From: Rhizophagus irregularis
Taxonomy: Eukaryota
Assembly: GCF_026210795.1 (NCBI RefSeq)
Contig: NC_089430.1
Location: 2,604,001 to 2,668,000 of the forward strand
Length of the DNA stretch: 64,000 nucleotides
Direction: 5' to 3'
Shown: positions 38,857 to 53,414 of the stretch, piece by piece
Numbering within the stretch: position 1 is the stretch's first letter
How the letters are laid out: every line of letters starts with the position of its first letter
Program-made: the position numbers and the translations under genes
The notes under the pieces: generated by a model
Told to the model about the DNA's origin: nothing
Database searches by the model: none
What the model saw: the letters and a program-made list of their open reading frames with translations, nothing else

Positions 38857-40316
38857 TAGGAGACCAGAAGCCCTATTATCGTTTCCACTTCCTTCGGAGA
38901 AACCCAAATAAGGAAGGATACCAGAAGACCGTAAATTGCTTTTTTCTTAGGAGGCGTTCGAAGGAAACAGGATAGGGGAGGAAATATATGAATAATATTC
39001 TTTAAAAAGTTTTTACGTAATTATGTAATCAAAATATGGTTTAAAATATTATTAACTATAGATCAATGGAAATTCAACAACAAAATGTTCTTACTAAGTA
39101 AAGACGACTTCGAGGAAATTACTCGAATGAATTAAATATTGAAATTTCCTCCACAAAGATTCTTTATTGATCGGATAATCACCGTTGAACGTTAAAAAGC
39201 CTGTATGAGCATCCCATTAAAGTAAATCACTCATTCCAATTTTCTTATTAGTTGTTGATTCAAGCAAGATAAACATTACAATTTTTGTAAAACTTAGCTT
39301 TTCTCAAAAAAAAAGTTAAAATAAAAATACATTTATATTATATGAGCAGTACCTACTTCAAAATCCTATATCTCGCTGACTTCAATTTAGAAAAATCTTT
39401 GTTACGTCATTTCCTGAGATCACTTTAAGTTCTCCGCCATTCTGATTGTGTTGCATACTCATCTGCATTAAATGAAACAATGTGGACTATTTAAATAGTA
39501 ACGCTCCATCAATTGAATTGAATTTGAAACATCAAGATAGAAAAATTCATTTGAAATATCAGGTCATAGGATGTCCTACCACCCTTTGTACATACCATAC
39601 ATAGTGGAATGATGACCCGAATCTCCCGAACTCCTGAGCCATTTATTTATCGAGAAAACGAATGGGAACATACCCTACAAATTAAAATAAGATAGTTATA
39701 AAAAATAACTAAGTAAGACTCTGTTCAGGCTGTAATCTTGGGTGCAATTGGGAAGAAACCAGCCTGATCGTAAACCTTGCACACCATCCCTTTGTACTTA
39801 CCATATACATGGCATCATAACTTATTCAACATTCTTACAAATATCAATCGTATCATTTTTAAATTGTCAATATGTCATAAAGAACGCTGTACCTATTGAT
39901 GATGATTTATCTAAGTACCATTTGAATATTACATATATCTGATAAGAAAGACTGAGCCCGAAGCAGATCCTAAATACAAGCCAAATTCAAATTATCAAAA
40001 ATACAAGCACAAATATTATCCAAAAAAGTATAGGAAACCTTACAAATCCTAAATATTTCTATGATCAGTAGGCCTGAGCTCGCTTAGATGTAATAGGATT
40101 TTATCTAATGGGATCATCGCGTAAATATTCGGACTTAATTACGATAGGACTATAGGAGGAAGTGGAAACGATAATAAATGGTCTTCTGGTATCATTCCCT
40201 ATCCGGGTTCCTCCGAAGAAAAAGGCAATTTACGGTCTTCTGGTATCCTTCCTTATTCGGTTTTCTCTGAAGGAAGTGGAAACGATTAATAAATGGTCTT
40301 CTGGTATCCTCCCCTA
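38857..40316. mobile_element. Non-autonomous DNA transposon or foldback element of about 1.46 kb with TIRs of about 100 bp
   Basis: 38857-38954 matches the reverse complement of 40210-40316 (atcgtttccacttccttc.gagaaa.cc.aataaggaaggataccagaagaccgtaaattgc.tttttctt.ggagg). The ggtcttctggtatc subrepeat occurs three times in the right arm. Confidence 0.8.
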
Positions 40317-41359
40317 GGCGTCGTATATTGGGATCGGAAATTATTCTAATAATATTTTTTTCGTTCCTGGAGAAATGTATATAACATTACGTATTATAAT
40401 AGTGAATATCAATGTACGAAGTAATTTTAGCCAGTTTCGCTAGGTGTATCTGCTGAGTTGAAAGACATGATATCCAATGGTGTTTTATTTTTCTAGACGA
40501 TGTATCACATATTCTTAGGATTTTGTGGCTATATAAATACCTTTTCTTCATAAGCTCACACACCCACTGAGAAGGCCAAGCAGGGATCTTAAGCTTACCT
40601 TATGGTTTGTTGATGACCATTTCGAATTTTTCATAAATATATGTGCTCCTCCTATTTTCTTTACTTTTGGCTCTCTTTAAAGAGTCAATTGGCGGCTTCT
40701 CTCCCAACAACGCGCAAAATCACATACGACGCGTCATATATAAAGTCTCCTCAGCTATGAGACCTGAGATCTACTTTGGTCTACACGTCAAATGGATGTT
40801 GAAAAGTTTGTATTTTTAAAAAAAGAAAAAGAATGTAAGATAAAAAAAAAATATGTATACTGTAAATATTTTTCTTCCTTGTCACACAGTTCAGCCAAAA
40901 ATAAGACGCGGTTATTACATAATATCAATCACTGGACATTTCCACTTTCCAGCAGCGCCAAAAAATTTTGTACTACATAAATTAGTTCGAACTTGAACGG
41001 GGCAAAGATTATTACAAAATATAACTTTTTTTACGATACATTAAAAGTATCACGTATGAACTTTCAAATGATACTAATTTTATTGAGTTTAAAAATGTAA
41101 AGTAATGACTTATGAATCAAAATGTGTGTATGAAAATTTTGTCAATATGACAATTAGGAATGTTTAGGACTTTTGTCAGTTTGAAAAAAGGGCAAAATTT
41201 TCACGTAATATCGTGCGAAATGGGTTTTTGACTAGAAATCTGAGAATACCTCGTGTGTTTTGTGAGCGGAAGTTATATATCTCGTGTATGTCTCTAGGAA
41301 AAAGGACTATCCTTTTCATACCAGTATTATCGAAGTGAATCTAGTTTCACTCGAAACAC

Positions 41360-41661
41360 TAGCCCTGTTCATTTCTGGTCGGTTGATTTTTTGGTCAGTG
41401 TGTACTACTTAAAATTTACGAATAAAATTGTTTTTGTAAATTAAGTTGAAAGTTTGTAATTAAGTTCGACTTACACGTGAAAACAAATAACTAATAGTTT
41501 ATAATAATTAGCAACATGGTTTTGATTGGTTACCGTGGCGTTTTATTTTTTTCCCGAACTAAAAAAACCCAATTTTTTTGTTTTTATTGTTGTCGAAGAT
41601 CAGGCCAACCAAAAAAAAATGAAGCCCGAGACCCGACCGAAAAACCCAACCGACCGGAAAT
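41360..41661. mobile_element. MITE related to the 23787 element, right end truncated
   Basis: Starts tagccctgttca, the same terminus as the 23787-23980 TIR. atttctggtcggttg is mirrored by caaccgaccggaaat. Confidence 0.55.
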
Positions 41662-42814
41662 ACTACTTCTTATACTTATTACACCCAAAAACTTGGTTTT
41701 AAATTTTCATATCTAATCAACGAAGTTATTGCCATAAATCATAATAAACCATAATTCTATTAATTAATATTTATATAATATTTTGAATAAAGTTGCAATA
41801 GTTCGATCTCATTCTTCATTTTAAGAGTGTTTTTTACCTTGTAGAAATTATTAAAGTCGTGTTATATCGTTTAATATTAAAATAAATACTAATCTTTAAG
41901 TTCGATATTAATGATTAGAAATATATGACGTACAGGGTGTATGAAGGATAGATAGATAATGGCATTGAATTATGCATTATAAATAAAATATGTATTTTAC
42001 GATTGTCAATAGTAATTTTTTTTTCAACTCTTCGAGATAAAATTAATTTTATCATGTGATTTTTAATCGTGGCAGAGAAAAAATGGATCACTTATTACAA
42101 GGACTGAATCAATAGATACAACCGGCACTCTGATTTGATGAATTTTTAATCAATAAGCTTTAAATCAATGATTTTTAAACATTACAAATGCATAACTTTG
42201 AAATCTAATGTATTTATCAACAAATTTCACAATGATTTTGTAAAAAAAATGTGCTCTTTTAATGAAAATTTAAGTCAAAAAAACTGGCCAAATTAAAAAT
42301 TAACCAATCAAAATTGAATTTAGGGGTGGGTAATATCAAATCTCACCATGGGGCTAGGAATAAATTGAATATATATTGTAAAAAACTGTTTTTCTAGTAT
42401 ACTAAATTATATTTAGATTTTTAAAAATTTCAATAATTCTATTAAATGTTTGTAATTTTTAATATTAAAATTATAAATTGCATTTATGTTTCTTTTATTT
42501 TAACTACTCTATAAGAGTTTTCTTGAATAGACAAAAATATACATTATATAATATTTAACTAATAGGTTATATTTAATTTTTAAAATTATCTCATATATTG
42601 CTCAATTACAAACTGACTTTTATTTTATGTAAAGAAATGATAAACTTACATAATAATTCTATAATCAGTGTTGAATAAAATACATTTACTTGCTATATTG
42701 ATATAATTATCAAAATCAAAGAAAAATATAAGAAAAAATAGTAAATAAATAAAATAAATTTAATTACTATAAAGTCAGAAGGCTTAATAATAATCTTACT
42801 AGATTCATATTTAA

Positions 42815-44485
42815 TTACTTGTCAATTCTTAACAATTCTAAATCGCTATTTTCTGACTTCAGTGTATTTCCTGTAAGTGATTAATAGTTGATATAAATAA
42901 CTTGATGGATAAACAAGTAAACAGTCTATATATGATTAAATTTAATACCTGAATATATTTTGCTTGATATATTTTCATATGTTTCATAATAATCATCGGA
43001 ATTCTTTGGTTCAGGAAGATCTTTAAAATCAAAAGATCTACTTTTATAAAAAGCTTTAGGATGCATTTGGTTTGTCAAGGATGAATTATTAAGTGATGAA
43101 CGATTAATTTTTTCTACTTCTTCGATTTGTTCAATTAATTCTGTTTTAGTTAATTCCGCTTGATTATCTATATTCATTACATGATTCTTTCTACTCATTG
43201 CATGCCTATTAATTTCCTGCGCCCATGCTAAAAAAGTTCTTGAAATTTTACATGTTCGCGGTCGATTTGATGGATCTGCATCCAGGCATCCTTTGATTAA
43301 ATGCAAAATTAATTGAGGTACTTTAATATTAAATTCAGGTCTTAATCCTTCACAGATATTTAATGCTAATAATTCGTCATGAGCAATATTATAATATGGT
43401 GGCAATTCTGAAATTACTTCATATATAATTATGCCCAAACTGTAAATATCAGAAGCTTGGGTATAATCTTGTCCTCTTAAAATTTCAGGAGCCAAATAAG
43501 ATAATACGCCATATTTATTATTTTCATTTTCCAATTCATGATAATTTGCGGGTTTACATAATCCCATATCCGTTATACAAGGGTGTGAAGAATTACATAC
43601 TATATTTCCAATATGTAAATCTCGATGAATTAATCTTTTACCATGGATTTTCTTAAGTCCACTTGAAATTCCACATAAAATATCAAGCTTATATTTCCAC
43701 GTTTGCAAATTCAAATCAAAATCCTGATCCAATTTTATAGCTATTTGATAACTTTTATGCAATCTTTTTGATCTATCGTTCAATAAATTTTGCAGATTTC
43801 CCATTTTAGCATAATTCATGACCATAATATATTCTTTTGTTTTAGGATCTAGGGATATTCCATAACATTTAATAACTTCATCCGGTGATTTAATATCATG
43901 TACTTTTAGATGTGATGTAATCTAATTATTATAAATAATTATTAGTAATCAAAAAAATTAATAAATTAACTTGTATGGTATAACATATTGTACCTCATTA
44001 ACAAATTCCAATGTAATATTTTGTGAATTATTTAAACTTTTAAGAGCTACAAATTTATTTACATTAGATCTACCCCATTGATTTTTACGCGTATCCCAGT
44101 GTGAAATATAACCGTCTTTCCAAGTTGCTCTATATACTTTACCAAATCCACCTTCTGAAATATACTTAGGGTTAATAAATCTATCATAAGGTATCCATTC
44201 TAACTTTTGAAAACAATTTTCTGCCGATAACTGAGTATTTTGAATGAACTTATCAATGTCATCATTACCACTAGTCCAATTATCAAAATTTTGTTGAAAT
44301 CTTTTTGAATTACAAGTTTTACACCAATTATTCCCCGTATTTATTTGTTTGCACTCCAAACATATTCCATTTTTTTCCTCGTGATTTTTTAAAAGACAAG
44401 TCTCACAAAATTTACTTCTTGAATAATCTACTTTTTTGCATCGAACACACGCTCTATGTCTTATTTCTTCACCAAATTGATACAT
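42815..44485 (-). CDS. TKL-type protein kinase with Cys-rich N-terminus
   Basis: GGFGKVY, VALK, HRDLHIGN, DMG, YLAPE and SDIYSLG are present. Four CxxC pairs in the N-terminus. Two GT-AG introns. Confidence 0.9.
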
Positions 44486-44892
44486 GGCACAAAAAATTAA
44501 ATTTCAAATCTTTTTATTTGGTAAATTATCTATTGATGAAAATAACGACTTTTGTATGCGACTAATCTGTACCATTTTTTCCAAAATAAGCCTCATATTT
44601 AGCCGAGATAGTTATACATATATATATATAGAGCAAAAACGAACCATAGACAATCTTTTTGAGATTAATTGAAAGCTCACCCTGCATTAGAGTTATACCA
44701 TAGTTGCACAATTTCACAATAAGTAAATATATAAATATTTGAATCGGGATTAATGGCGTAAAAAAAAAAAGTTCATGGAGTAACAGTTTCTAACCCCTTT
44801 CGGAATGCTGGCTTTCATTTACGAGTTCGTTAATGACTAATATTAAACTAAATAAACATGGGTACCGGCTACATCCCAATTTTTTGCAAAAT

Positions 44893-45082
44893 GTGCATCA
44901 TAGCCCGTTACTGCAGCTAGTGTGGGTTTTCAAATATAGAAGACTAGTGTAACCTTGCGTGATCACTTTCAGATGGGCGCACACTACCCGGTCTACCCGT
45001 CCCGTGTCTGGCTCACCCTTTGGGGTATCATAGTTAGATGCTAATGGGGTTTTACCTACCAGCTGTGTATGAAAAAAAAAAA
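44893..45082 (+). other. GC-rich island of about 190 bp ending in poly(A): SINE or LINE 3' end, or a structured RNA
   Basis: Clearly higher GC than its flanks, several short complementary stems, and an end of tgtgtatg(A)13. No ORF. Confidence 0.4.
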
Positions 45083-45733
45083 ATTAAAATTTATTGTTAA
45101 ATATACTGTATACATATTATAAAATTTTTTTCAGATTTTATTGTATTAATACTGTATGATCTGAAATTCTGAATTATATCACGTTATTATCAAGATACAC
45201 TTTTCCACAAATTACTGAATTAAGTATATAATTTCTATTTTAACGTCGAATATTTCAATAAATGTGATTTCGCCTATAAACAATTCCTTAATTTTAAAAC
45301 GTTTCTAATCTTGTTCTTCCGAATACAATCGTAAATATCTTTCATTTAATCCACTTTTTCAGATCAAATCATCTTTAATCATATATGTGTTGAGTGTTTA
45401 AAATGGATCAGAATTCAATATAGCTCAAAGTTTCTCTGTTGACATGACATTTTTCGCGAAATCTTTTTCGTTCCTTCATTATAAACAACTTTTAATCAGT
45501 TAAATTCATCAAGAAATAATTTTTAAGAAAAAAAAATTTTTTTTTTATTATTTAAAACTTTTAACAATTAATTAAATTAAGTATTAAATTACTAATGCAA
45601 ATAATGCAAAGATATATATGACTTGATAAACACATGATCACGATTGCTGTTTATTTATTTAAAGCTGAATAATAAACATAAATAGTAACTCTAACAAATG
45701 CTAACTAAAAATGTTTTTTGATAACGATTCAAG

Positions 45734-48342
45734 TTAAATTAAATCTTGTCCATCTGCAGGAGTAATAATACCATCATCTTCAGATGAAGAAGATGATGAT
45801 TGACTTGCAATCATATCATATTTTAAATCATTAAGAATGTCATCATCATCATCATCAATACTACCATTATTACTATTACTACTTTCACTAAAATTTCCAC
45901 CATTACTGCTATCACTATCAGTGGCTTCACCGTTAATTAACATTTCATCAGATTCTTCTTGTCCACTACTAGATTGATCAAAATAATCACTACCACTTCC
46001 ACCACTAGTATTATTAGTAGTATTAAGAGATTGAACAATTGAAGGAGATGACATAGTTCTACCATGTCCAATATGAACATCATTTGTTGCATCATCATTT
46101 CTTTGATATCTTAATTTTTTTCTTTCTTCTCTTCTAACATGATCTTTTCCCTTTTGTATTGCCCTCTCAATTTTTAATCGATTTGAAATCATATGAAGTT
46201 TAGGCCAAGTTACTCTTTGACCAGTTGTAATCATTTTATCTAATCTCTCATAATCAGGATCTGAAAGAATATAAAAGAAATCGGATATTTTTGATTTTGG
46301 CCATATAGTAATATTACCTTCAAATCTTTGTAACCAAATAGAACTCCAATCTTGATCAGCAACTTTAGGTAACAACTCTAAATCTCTTATCCATTTTAAC
46401 CATTTACTTAAGTCTAATTTTAAATATTGTTCAATACCTGACAATAAAAATCCTCCTCTCCATCCTCTACCAAGTCTATGACTAACTGGTCTACCAACTG
46501 ATCCTCTTGGAGCATAAAAAAATAAATGAATATGCGGATTAACTTGTGATACTATTGTGTTTTTTACATTAAAATGCATATGTAATGATTGAGTTGGTAT
46601 ATCCGTGCGAAGTGATCCATCTTTCCATTTATTTCCATAATTATATGGTATGATAGTTCCATTCTTTAATTTTTGCATCAAAACAACTGGACACAAGATT
46701 CCTGGAACTGCTGCACTGGCAATAACTACGTGATAAGTAAAAAATTTTATTAAAATTTAAATTTAAATATTAAATTAAATTAAATTAAATTAATGAAAAC
46801 AAATCAAGTTTCTAATTTTACCTGCAGACCATATGACACAATCAGGCGCTGTTACATAGTTTAAAACTTTGGGAGGAGAATGTGGATCATAAGGTATAAC
46901 AGAAATGTTAAGTATTCTACCGGTTCTTTCATAAGCTTCTCTAAAGGTTAAACTACCCTTTGTAATCCATGAAGTTTTACGTGCCCAATCTACTGCATCA
47001 AATCTTGAACCAGATGTCCACCAACGTTTAACCCAAATATCCATTGATTCAGAACATGCTGTAAGTTTTTGACTTAATTCTGGTTTAAGTACTTGGACTA
47101 ATTCATCATCAGTACGTACACATACAAGAGCGGCTATTAAACCTCCCGCACTTGTTCCCGTTATAACTGTTGGTAATAAATTTGCTTCGAATAACGCTTT
47201 TACTACTCCTAAATGATAGAATCCAAAAGTTGCACCACCACTTAAACATAATGCTGTCCTTCCATAATTTTTTTGTGTATTTCTGAATAATTTACGTTTT
47301 TCTTCTAACGGTAATGATTTTGATGTTCGTAAATAGTTAAGCGATTCCGTCACTAAAATTATAAAAAAAAAATTGCATATAAAAAATAAGTATAACATAT
47401 ATATATGTATATTAAAAAAGTTTTTTTATTAAAAATATTTTACCTTCATCAATATAATTTTCAACAATCTTTTTCGTACCAAAATAAGTTTGAGAATATA
47501 ATCTTACATTTTCAACTCCAGCAAAATTATTTTTAACACAATTTTGCAAGACACTCTTTAACAAAGATTGAGAATCATTACTAGATAAAGATGATGAATC
47601 TCTCAATTTTTTTAAATCTTTATTAACTTTTTGTAATAAATTAAAATCATAATAACCGAATGGAGTTTCATATTTCCATTCATCATAATGAAAATATGAA
47701 TCAAGTTGCTGTGCTGCTTCTTTCCATTCTTTATATGTTGTGGAATGACGTAATTTTTCTCTTAATAAATATCTTTCACCTCTCCTATATTGAAATGGGC
47801 CATTAAAAGATTAGTTTCTTTTTCCATTTTAGAGGAAAAAAAATGATTTAAATTACTTACCACTGAATAAAATATTCCCAAAGATTTACTATTTGTCTAA
47901 CCAAAACATAACATAACAATTCAAAGGCAATAACAATAAAAATGGATAACTATAAAATAAAATAAAATATGATATAAAATAAAATATTATATATAAAAAA
48001 AATATTTATTCAAAAACGACAATAACATACCATTAAAGGGAATCTAACGATATGATAAGAAATACCGTCAAATCCATTTGGTACTTTAGGTTTCTTCTTT
48101 TTAATTTTTTGTCTAATAGGCATAAAATCTGTAACTGCAGCAATATGTTCAGTAGAATCCTGTTCAGGATCTTCCGCTAATGCTTTAGCAAATGCTTCTA
48201 TATGATCTTCATTTACATAATCTAAAGTATATTCATCAATTGTATTTCGAGAAAGTTTTTTGGTTGATGTGGATTTGATTGTTGTTGAATGCTTTCGTGA
48301 TGTTGTACGAGATGATGATGTTGTTGATCTATGCGAAGACAT
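45734..48342 (-). CDS. Patatin-like phospholipase / triacylglycerol lipase (TGL3/4/5 family)
   Basis: ALCLSGGATFG, GTSAG nucleophile elbow, SAVPG and WKDGS. DUF3336-like N-terminal part and an acidic low-complexity tail. Confidence 0.92.
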
Positions 48343-50106
48343 GTTGTAAATAGATACTTTGGCAAATTCTATAATAATATATTATTATTATTTTATTTTA
48401 TTTTTTTTTTTGTGTTGATGTTGAAGAAAAAATAAATAATAGTTGTTATGATGGGAAATGTCAAGAATATGAATAATTTATATATAAATTTAAATTTGAA
48501 ATGATGATCCAATAAAGTCACTGAATTAGCTGCTTGATATATGCAAGCCATACATACTGCCATAATTATCAGCTTTATCAGGCGGAAGAATGCAAAAATT
48601 GAGCCAATCCAATTGGAAACAATTATATAAAAATAAACTTACCAATAAGTATTGTTTTGTTTAAAAAATAATTTTTGAAAAAAAGAATCTTTAAATAATA
48701 AATAAATTAAACTTTAATAAGAAAAAAAACAAAAAAATTATATTTGTGGGGAAATTAAATTATAAGGGTTCATTTAAATATTTAAATACGTACATATTGA
48801 TATTGATATTTATATATATATATATTTTTTATACAATAATTTTTTTTACAATAATACTAAAAAATTTCAATTATGGGATGTTTATAAATCTATTACAAAA
48901 GGGGAAACCCAAACAGGACGGCAACTACCAAAATAAACAATTACAGAGGACTTACCTTATTTATATTATTATCATATAAAAAAAAGATTTTTTTTTTACC
49001 CCAATGATGTGTGAAATTGAGGCAAATTTTTTGGGGCGAAGAAATATTTTATTTGGCTACGTTTATTTTTTAATGCAATTGTAACCTTTTTTTTTTATTT
49101 GGAAAAAAATTGAAATGTGCATAATATAAATTAAAGAAACGTGTTGAAAATACAAATGTCATAAAAATCTGTACTCGGTATTTGAGGTATTTGCGTATTT
49201 GCATTCATGAATCTTCCCATATGGACAAATGACATATGGTTGATATTCGCATATCATATTCAAACATTATATATTTTATACAAACTTTCCTTATACAATC
49301 GTATTATCAGTCGGATTCTGTGCGATACAAAAGGAATATGACTGAACTATTTTGGGGTGATTGCATATTTGTTATTTTTTAAAATTATGATCTTCATAAG
49401 GTTAATTCAATATCATATGAATAATATAAGTTAAAGTTTAGTCTGTTTTGGTCGAAATTGACATATTAATCCATCAAAGAAGTTTTTTTTTCCCCCAAAA
49501 AAATCAATTATTTTCTTTTTGTTTAATAAATAAATATTACTAAAATTAAACTTTTTATGAGATAATCAAAATTTTCGTCATATTTATTTTGTCGATTTTC
49601 TTATTATTTATTGGATTAATTGTATTTCAAATAAACGATGGAACCAACCGAATATTCCTCCGTGTTTCAAATTTATCTATTTTAATTATTTTGGAATACC
49701 ACGAAAAACTAGAGATTTTACGCCCAATTATTGGGGGTTATTAAATCAGTAAATACACAAAAAAAAAATATTAAGTTCAATTGTCATATGCGAAAATGGA
49801 TATAAACGAATTTTCCTTCGGATAAAACTCGTAAAAATAAATCGAAAATTTAATGTGAAATTTTGAAATTGTCAACAAATATGGTATATCGTACAACGCG
49901 ATATATTAATTAATCTCGTGTAATGACATAAAGGTAAAATCTATTAGACAAATAATGGTAGTTATGTTTTAATTAAATCACATGTAAACTCATGAATGTT
50001 ACTAACTTTAAAAATGCAATTTTTTAGTTTTTTTTTTTTAGATTTTAATAATTAATTATCTCAAAAAAGTTAATGAATAGTATCTAAATATTTCTATCTA
50101 CATTCC

Positions 50107-51383
50107 CTATATAATAAACTCATTAAAATCATCACCGATAACATGTAATATAGGATCTTCAATTTCTTCTGATGGTGATTGAGAAATAATCGGTGTTATT
50201 GTCGTTGTTGACGTTGTTATCGTCGTTGTTTCAGTATTCGTTCTTTTACCATCATCAAAAATTACTGATGATGATTCTTCCGTTGTGTTATTTGTAGTTT
50301 TTGCAGTTGGTGATGTTAATGCTTCATTAATTGAATATACTGTTTTCAAAGTTTTTTTCTTGGCATTTTGAATTCTAATTTTATTTATTAAAAAAAAAAA
50401 AATTTAATTATCTTTTTCATATACATCATAGATTAATAAAATCAAAATGTTTTCAAATGATGAGATTGAAATTTGACATACGTTTCAGAAGATGCTAAGG
50501 TGGAAATTCCTTTGCTTAAATTATTCCACGCATTTGAAGTAAAATCAGCCGTTTTACGCCTTGTTTGTTGAACTCTAATAAATTATTATTTATAAGTAAG
50601 TTGTAAACTTTGATCAATGGATAATATAAATTATACAAAAACTTACGGCTGTGAATTGGCCACGTCAGCAACTACACTTTTAATCTGTGATAATTTTTCC
50701 TGTGTCCTATGAAACAAACAAATAAATAAATCAAATAAAATAAAAAAAAGAATTAATATTAAATCATTTATTTGATCCCATATCTAATTTCTACAACAAT
50801 AATTATTATTACAAAAATTAATACGTACAATTCACTCTCTTTAACTTTTTGTATTCCACCAATAACACCTGCAATTCCTTTACCTAACCCATTCATAAAA
50901 TTATTTGTTTCTCCTTCTAAATTATTTGTAATGGAAGAAAGTGACGCTGGTGAAGAAGGTGAATTACTATTACTTTCTTCATCAATATTTTTTGTAATAT
51001 TGGCCTCCCATTGTTTTTTCAATAATCTTAATTCTTCTTCATGTCTTTTTAATTCTTCTCGTAATTCTAATACTTTACGTTCTTTCCTTGCTATAAAATG
51101 TAATAATTCTGAATGTTGTTCGGAAGGTGTTGAATGTGTTATTCGAAATTGTTTAATGGCGAGTTCAGTTTGAATCTATAATTGATTCATTTCGTATATA
51201 ATCGTTATTCTAACTGAATTTAGTAAATTTAAATATAATCACTTCTTATCGAAAAATTTCTTTCCCTACCTTAAGTTTATCATTGTCAATTTTTTCAATA
51301 CTTTCTTTTTTAGGTGACTTAGGAGAATCCAGCTTTACATCCTTTTCTGAACCTACGGAAAAAGGTCTTTCGCTTTGTGCCAT
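50107..51383 (-). CDS. Conserved fungal coiled-coil protein (DUF4048/Tda11-like, tentative)
   Basis: Spliced ORF from MAQSERPFSVG. It contains LHFIARKERKVLELREELKRHEEELRLLKKQW and an S/T-rich tail, with canonical introns. Confidence 0.65.
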
Positions 51384-51893
51384 TTTTTTTAAATCGTTAT
51401 TATACTAATATATTTTTTTTAAAAAAAATAAAATTGTGCATATATATATATTTACAAAAAAAAAATCGATTAATCGTGTGAAAATAAAGGAATGAAATGA
51501 TAGGCTTTAAAATCTGCTTTAAATGTATCTTTTTATATAACCAAATATGCACAGCTTATATTGAATCAAGATAGTGTAACCTTTTAAATCTAAAAATATT
51601 AGACTTCTTTGTATTAGTTTTCTTTGACAACTTGAAATATAAATACGCAATTTTTTTACATTTCCAAATTAAGTTACCAAAGGAATATTAGCTTACTAGG
51701 AAATTTGATTTTTCTTTTTTTTAAAAAAAAAAATCATCAAATTGTACTTGTGAAACAACAGAAAAGAACGGAAAAACTTATAATCTTGAGTTTAGTACTG
51801 TTTTTTTTGTTAGTGATCGGTCTGATCTCATTTCACGTGAATTGGTAACATAAATGATAAATCACGAGAGCATTTTCAAAATTCTCGTGAACT

Positions 51894-53204
51894 ATGCAAA
51901 ACTTTACAAAAATTGGAAAAAAAATCGTTGGAATAGGTCGCAATTTTAGGTATTTCGCTCCCTTAAAATGTTTTAATGTTATCAAAAATTTTGAATGATT
52001 TCGTCATTAATATTTTTTTTTTTAATTTAAAGTGAACATGCAAAAGAACTTGGTAATGCTGTTCCAACTTCCCCGTTCTTTTTTCTTAAACCAACTTCTT
52101 CTTACTTATTATCAGGTGAAGTAGAAATACCTAAAGGTTGTATTGTTCATCATGAAGGTATATACATATGCAGTATTTATTCTTAACCTTTTAAATTCCG
52201 CTCTTATTCTGATATTATTAACATTTTTTTCGGTTCTTAATTAGTCGAGTTGGGTGTCGTAATAGGTAAAGATGGTAGGGATATCCGAGAATCAGAAGCG
52301 ATGAATTATGTAGAAGGTAATTGTACGCGTAAATTTTGTCTTTCACGTACATATTCTGCTTTAAATGCGTTATTCAACTCAAAATAATTTTCTTTCTAGG
52401 ATACGCGCTTGGTATTGATTTGACGGCGCGTAATCTCCAAGTAATAATTATATATATAAATTCGAGTTATAATTTGTAACTACTTTGTTTATATTAAAGT
52501 CAATTGTTAGGAAGTGGTAAAGAAAAAAGGATTGCCGTGGAGTGCGGCAAAAGGTTTTGATACCTTTACTCCAATTGGGTGAGCTGACATTTTCATAAAT
52601 AGATGTTCGATGATCTTTGTGCGCTATATTTTTGGGAATGGATATAAATCCGAAAAAAGACTTTTAAAGAATATTGTTACTTCATATTTACGTAAATTAA
52701 GTTGATTTGTTCATTCAATTTTAGAAAATTTATTCCAAAATCAGAAATAGAAGATCCTCATAATGTAAATTTATGGCTTAAGGTGTATATATTATTTTAA
52801 TTTATAATCAATTAAAAAAAAAAAGTTTTCATTCTTGATAATTTTGATTTTTACATCTAAAAACATTTAGTTAAACGGAGAAATGAAACAAAACGGTATT
52901 ACAAAAGACATGATATTCAATATTCCTACATTAATTGAATACGTAAGTTCAATCATGAAACTGGAAAAGGGTGATTTGATATTAACAGGTAAGTTTAGAT
53001 GTTTGTTTCTTTTTATTATAGTAAAAAAAGCATTTGTCTTAAATAAAGATTAAATTTTTTATACATATAGGTACACCCTCAGGTGTTGGACCTATTCATC
53101 CAGGTCAAGTCATTACTGCAGGATTAAACGTTAATAATGAAAATTTATCTACCATTAAATTTCCTGTTGTGGAAAGGGTTGGATTATTTGAATTTAAACC
53201 ATAA
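51894..53204 (+). CDS. FAHD1: Fumarylacetoacetate hydrolase family protein (FAHD1/FMP41-like); missed by the ORF track because of short exons
   Basis: Exons read [43 protein letters not shown]...[12 protein letters not shown]...[14 protein letters not shown]...[17 protein letters not shown]...[14 protein letters not shown]. Confidence 0.92.
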
Positions 53205-53414
53205 TTATTTAAAGAAGGGTAAACAATCAAGTATGAGGGGCGAAAATATATTAGTTCGCCTTGAGTAAAAGATTTTAATTTTTGAAACATTCAATTATTC
53301 ATAAATCGACCTTTTTAAACAAAAAAAAAAATTAAATATTTTAACTTAATATTGGAAATATGGATGTATATTAAATCACTATTAAATACCTTAAAAAATT
53401 AAAAAATAAATTAA

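Noticed and set aside
40560..40630. Possible hammerhead ribozyme (cccactgagaaggcc)
   Set aside because: The core is not CUGANGA and no paired GAAA or stem II follows.
44893..45082. SRP, RNase P/MRP or telomerase RNA
   Set aside because: The conserved helix-8, CR-I/CR-V or template motifs could not be matched convincingly by eye.
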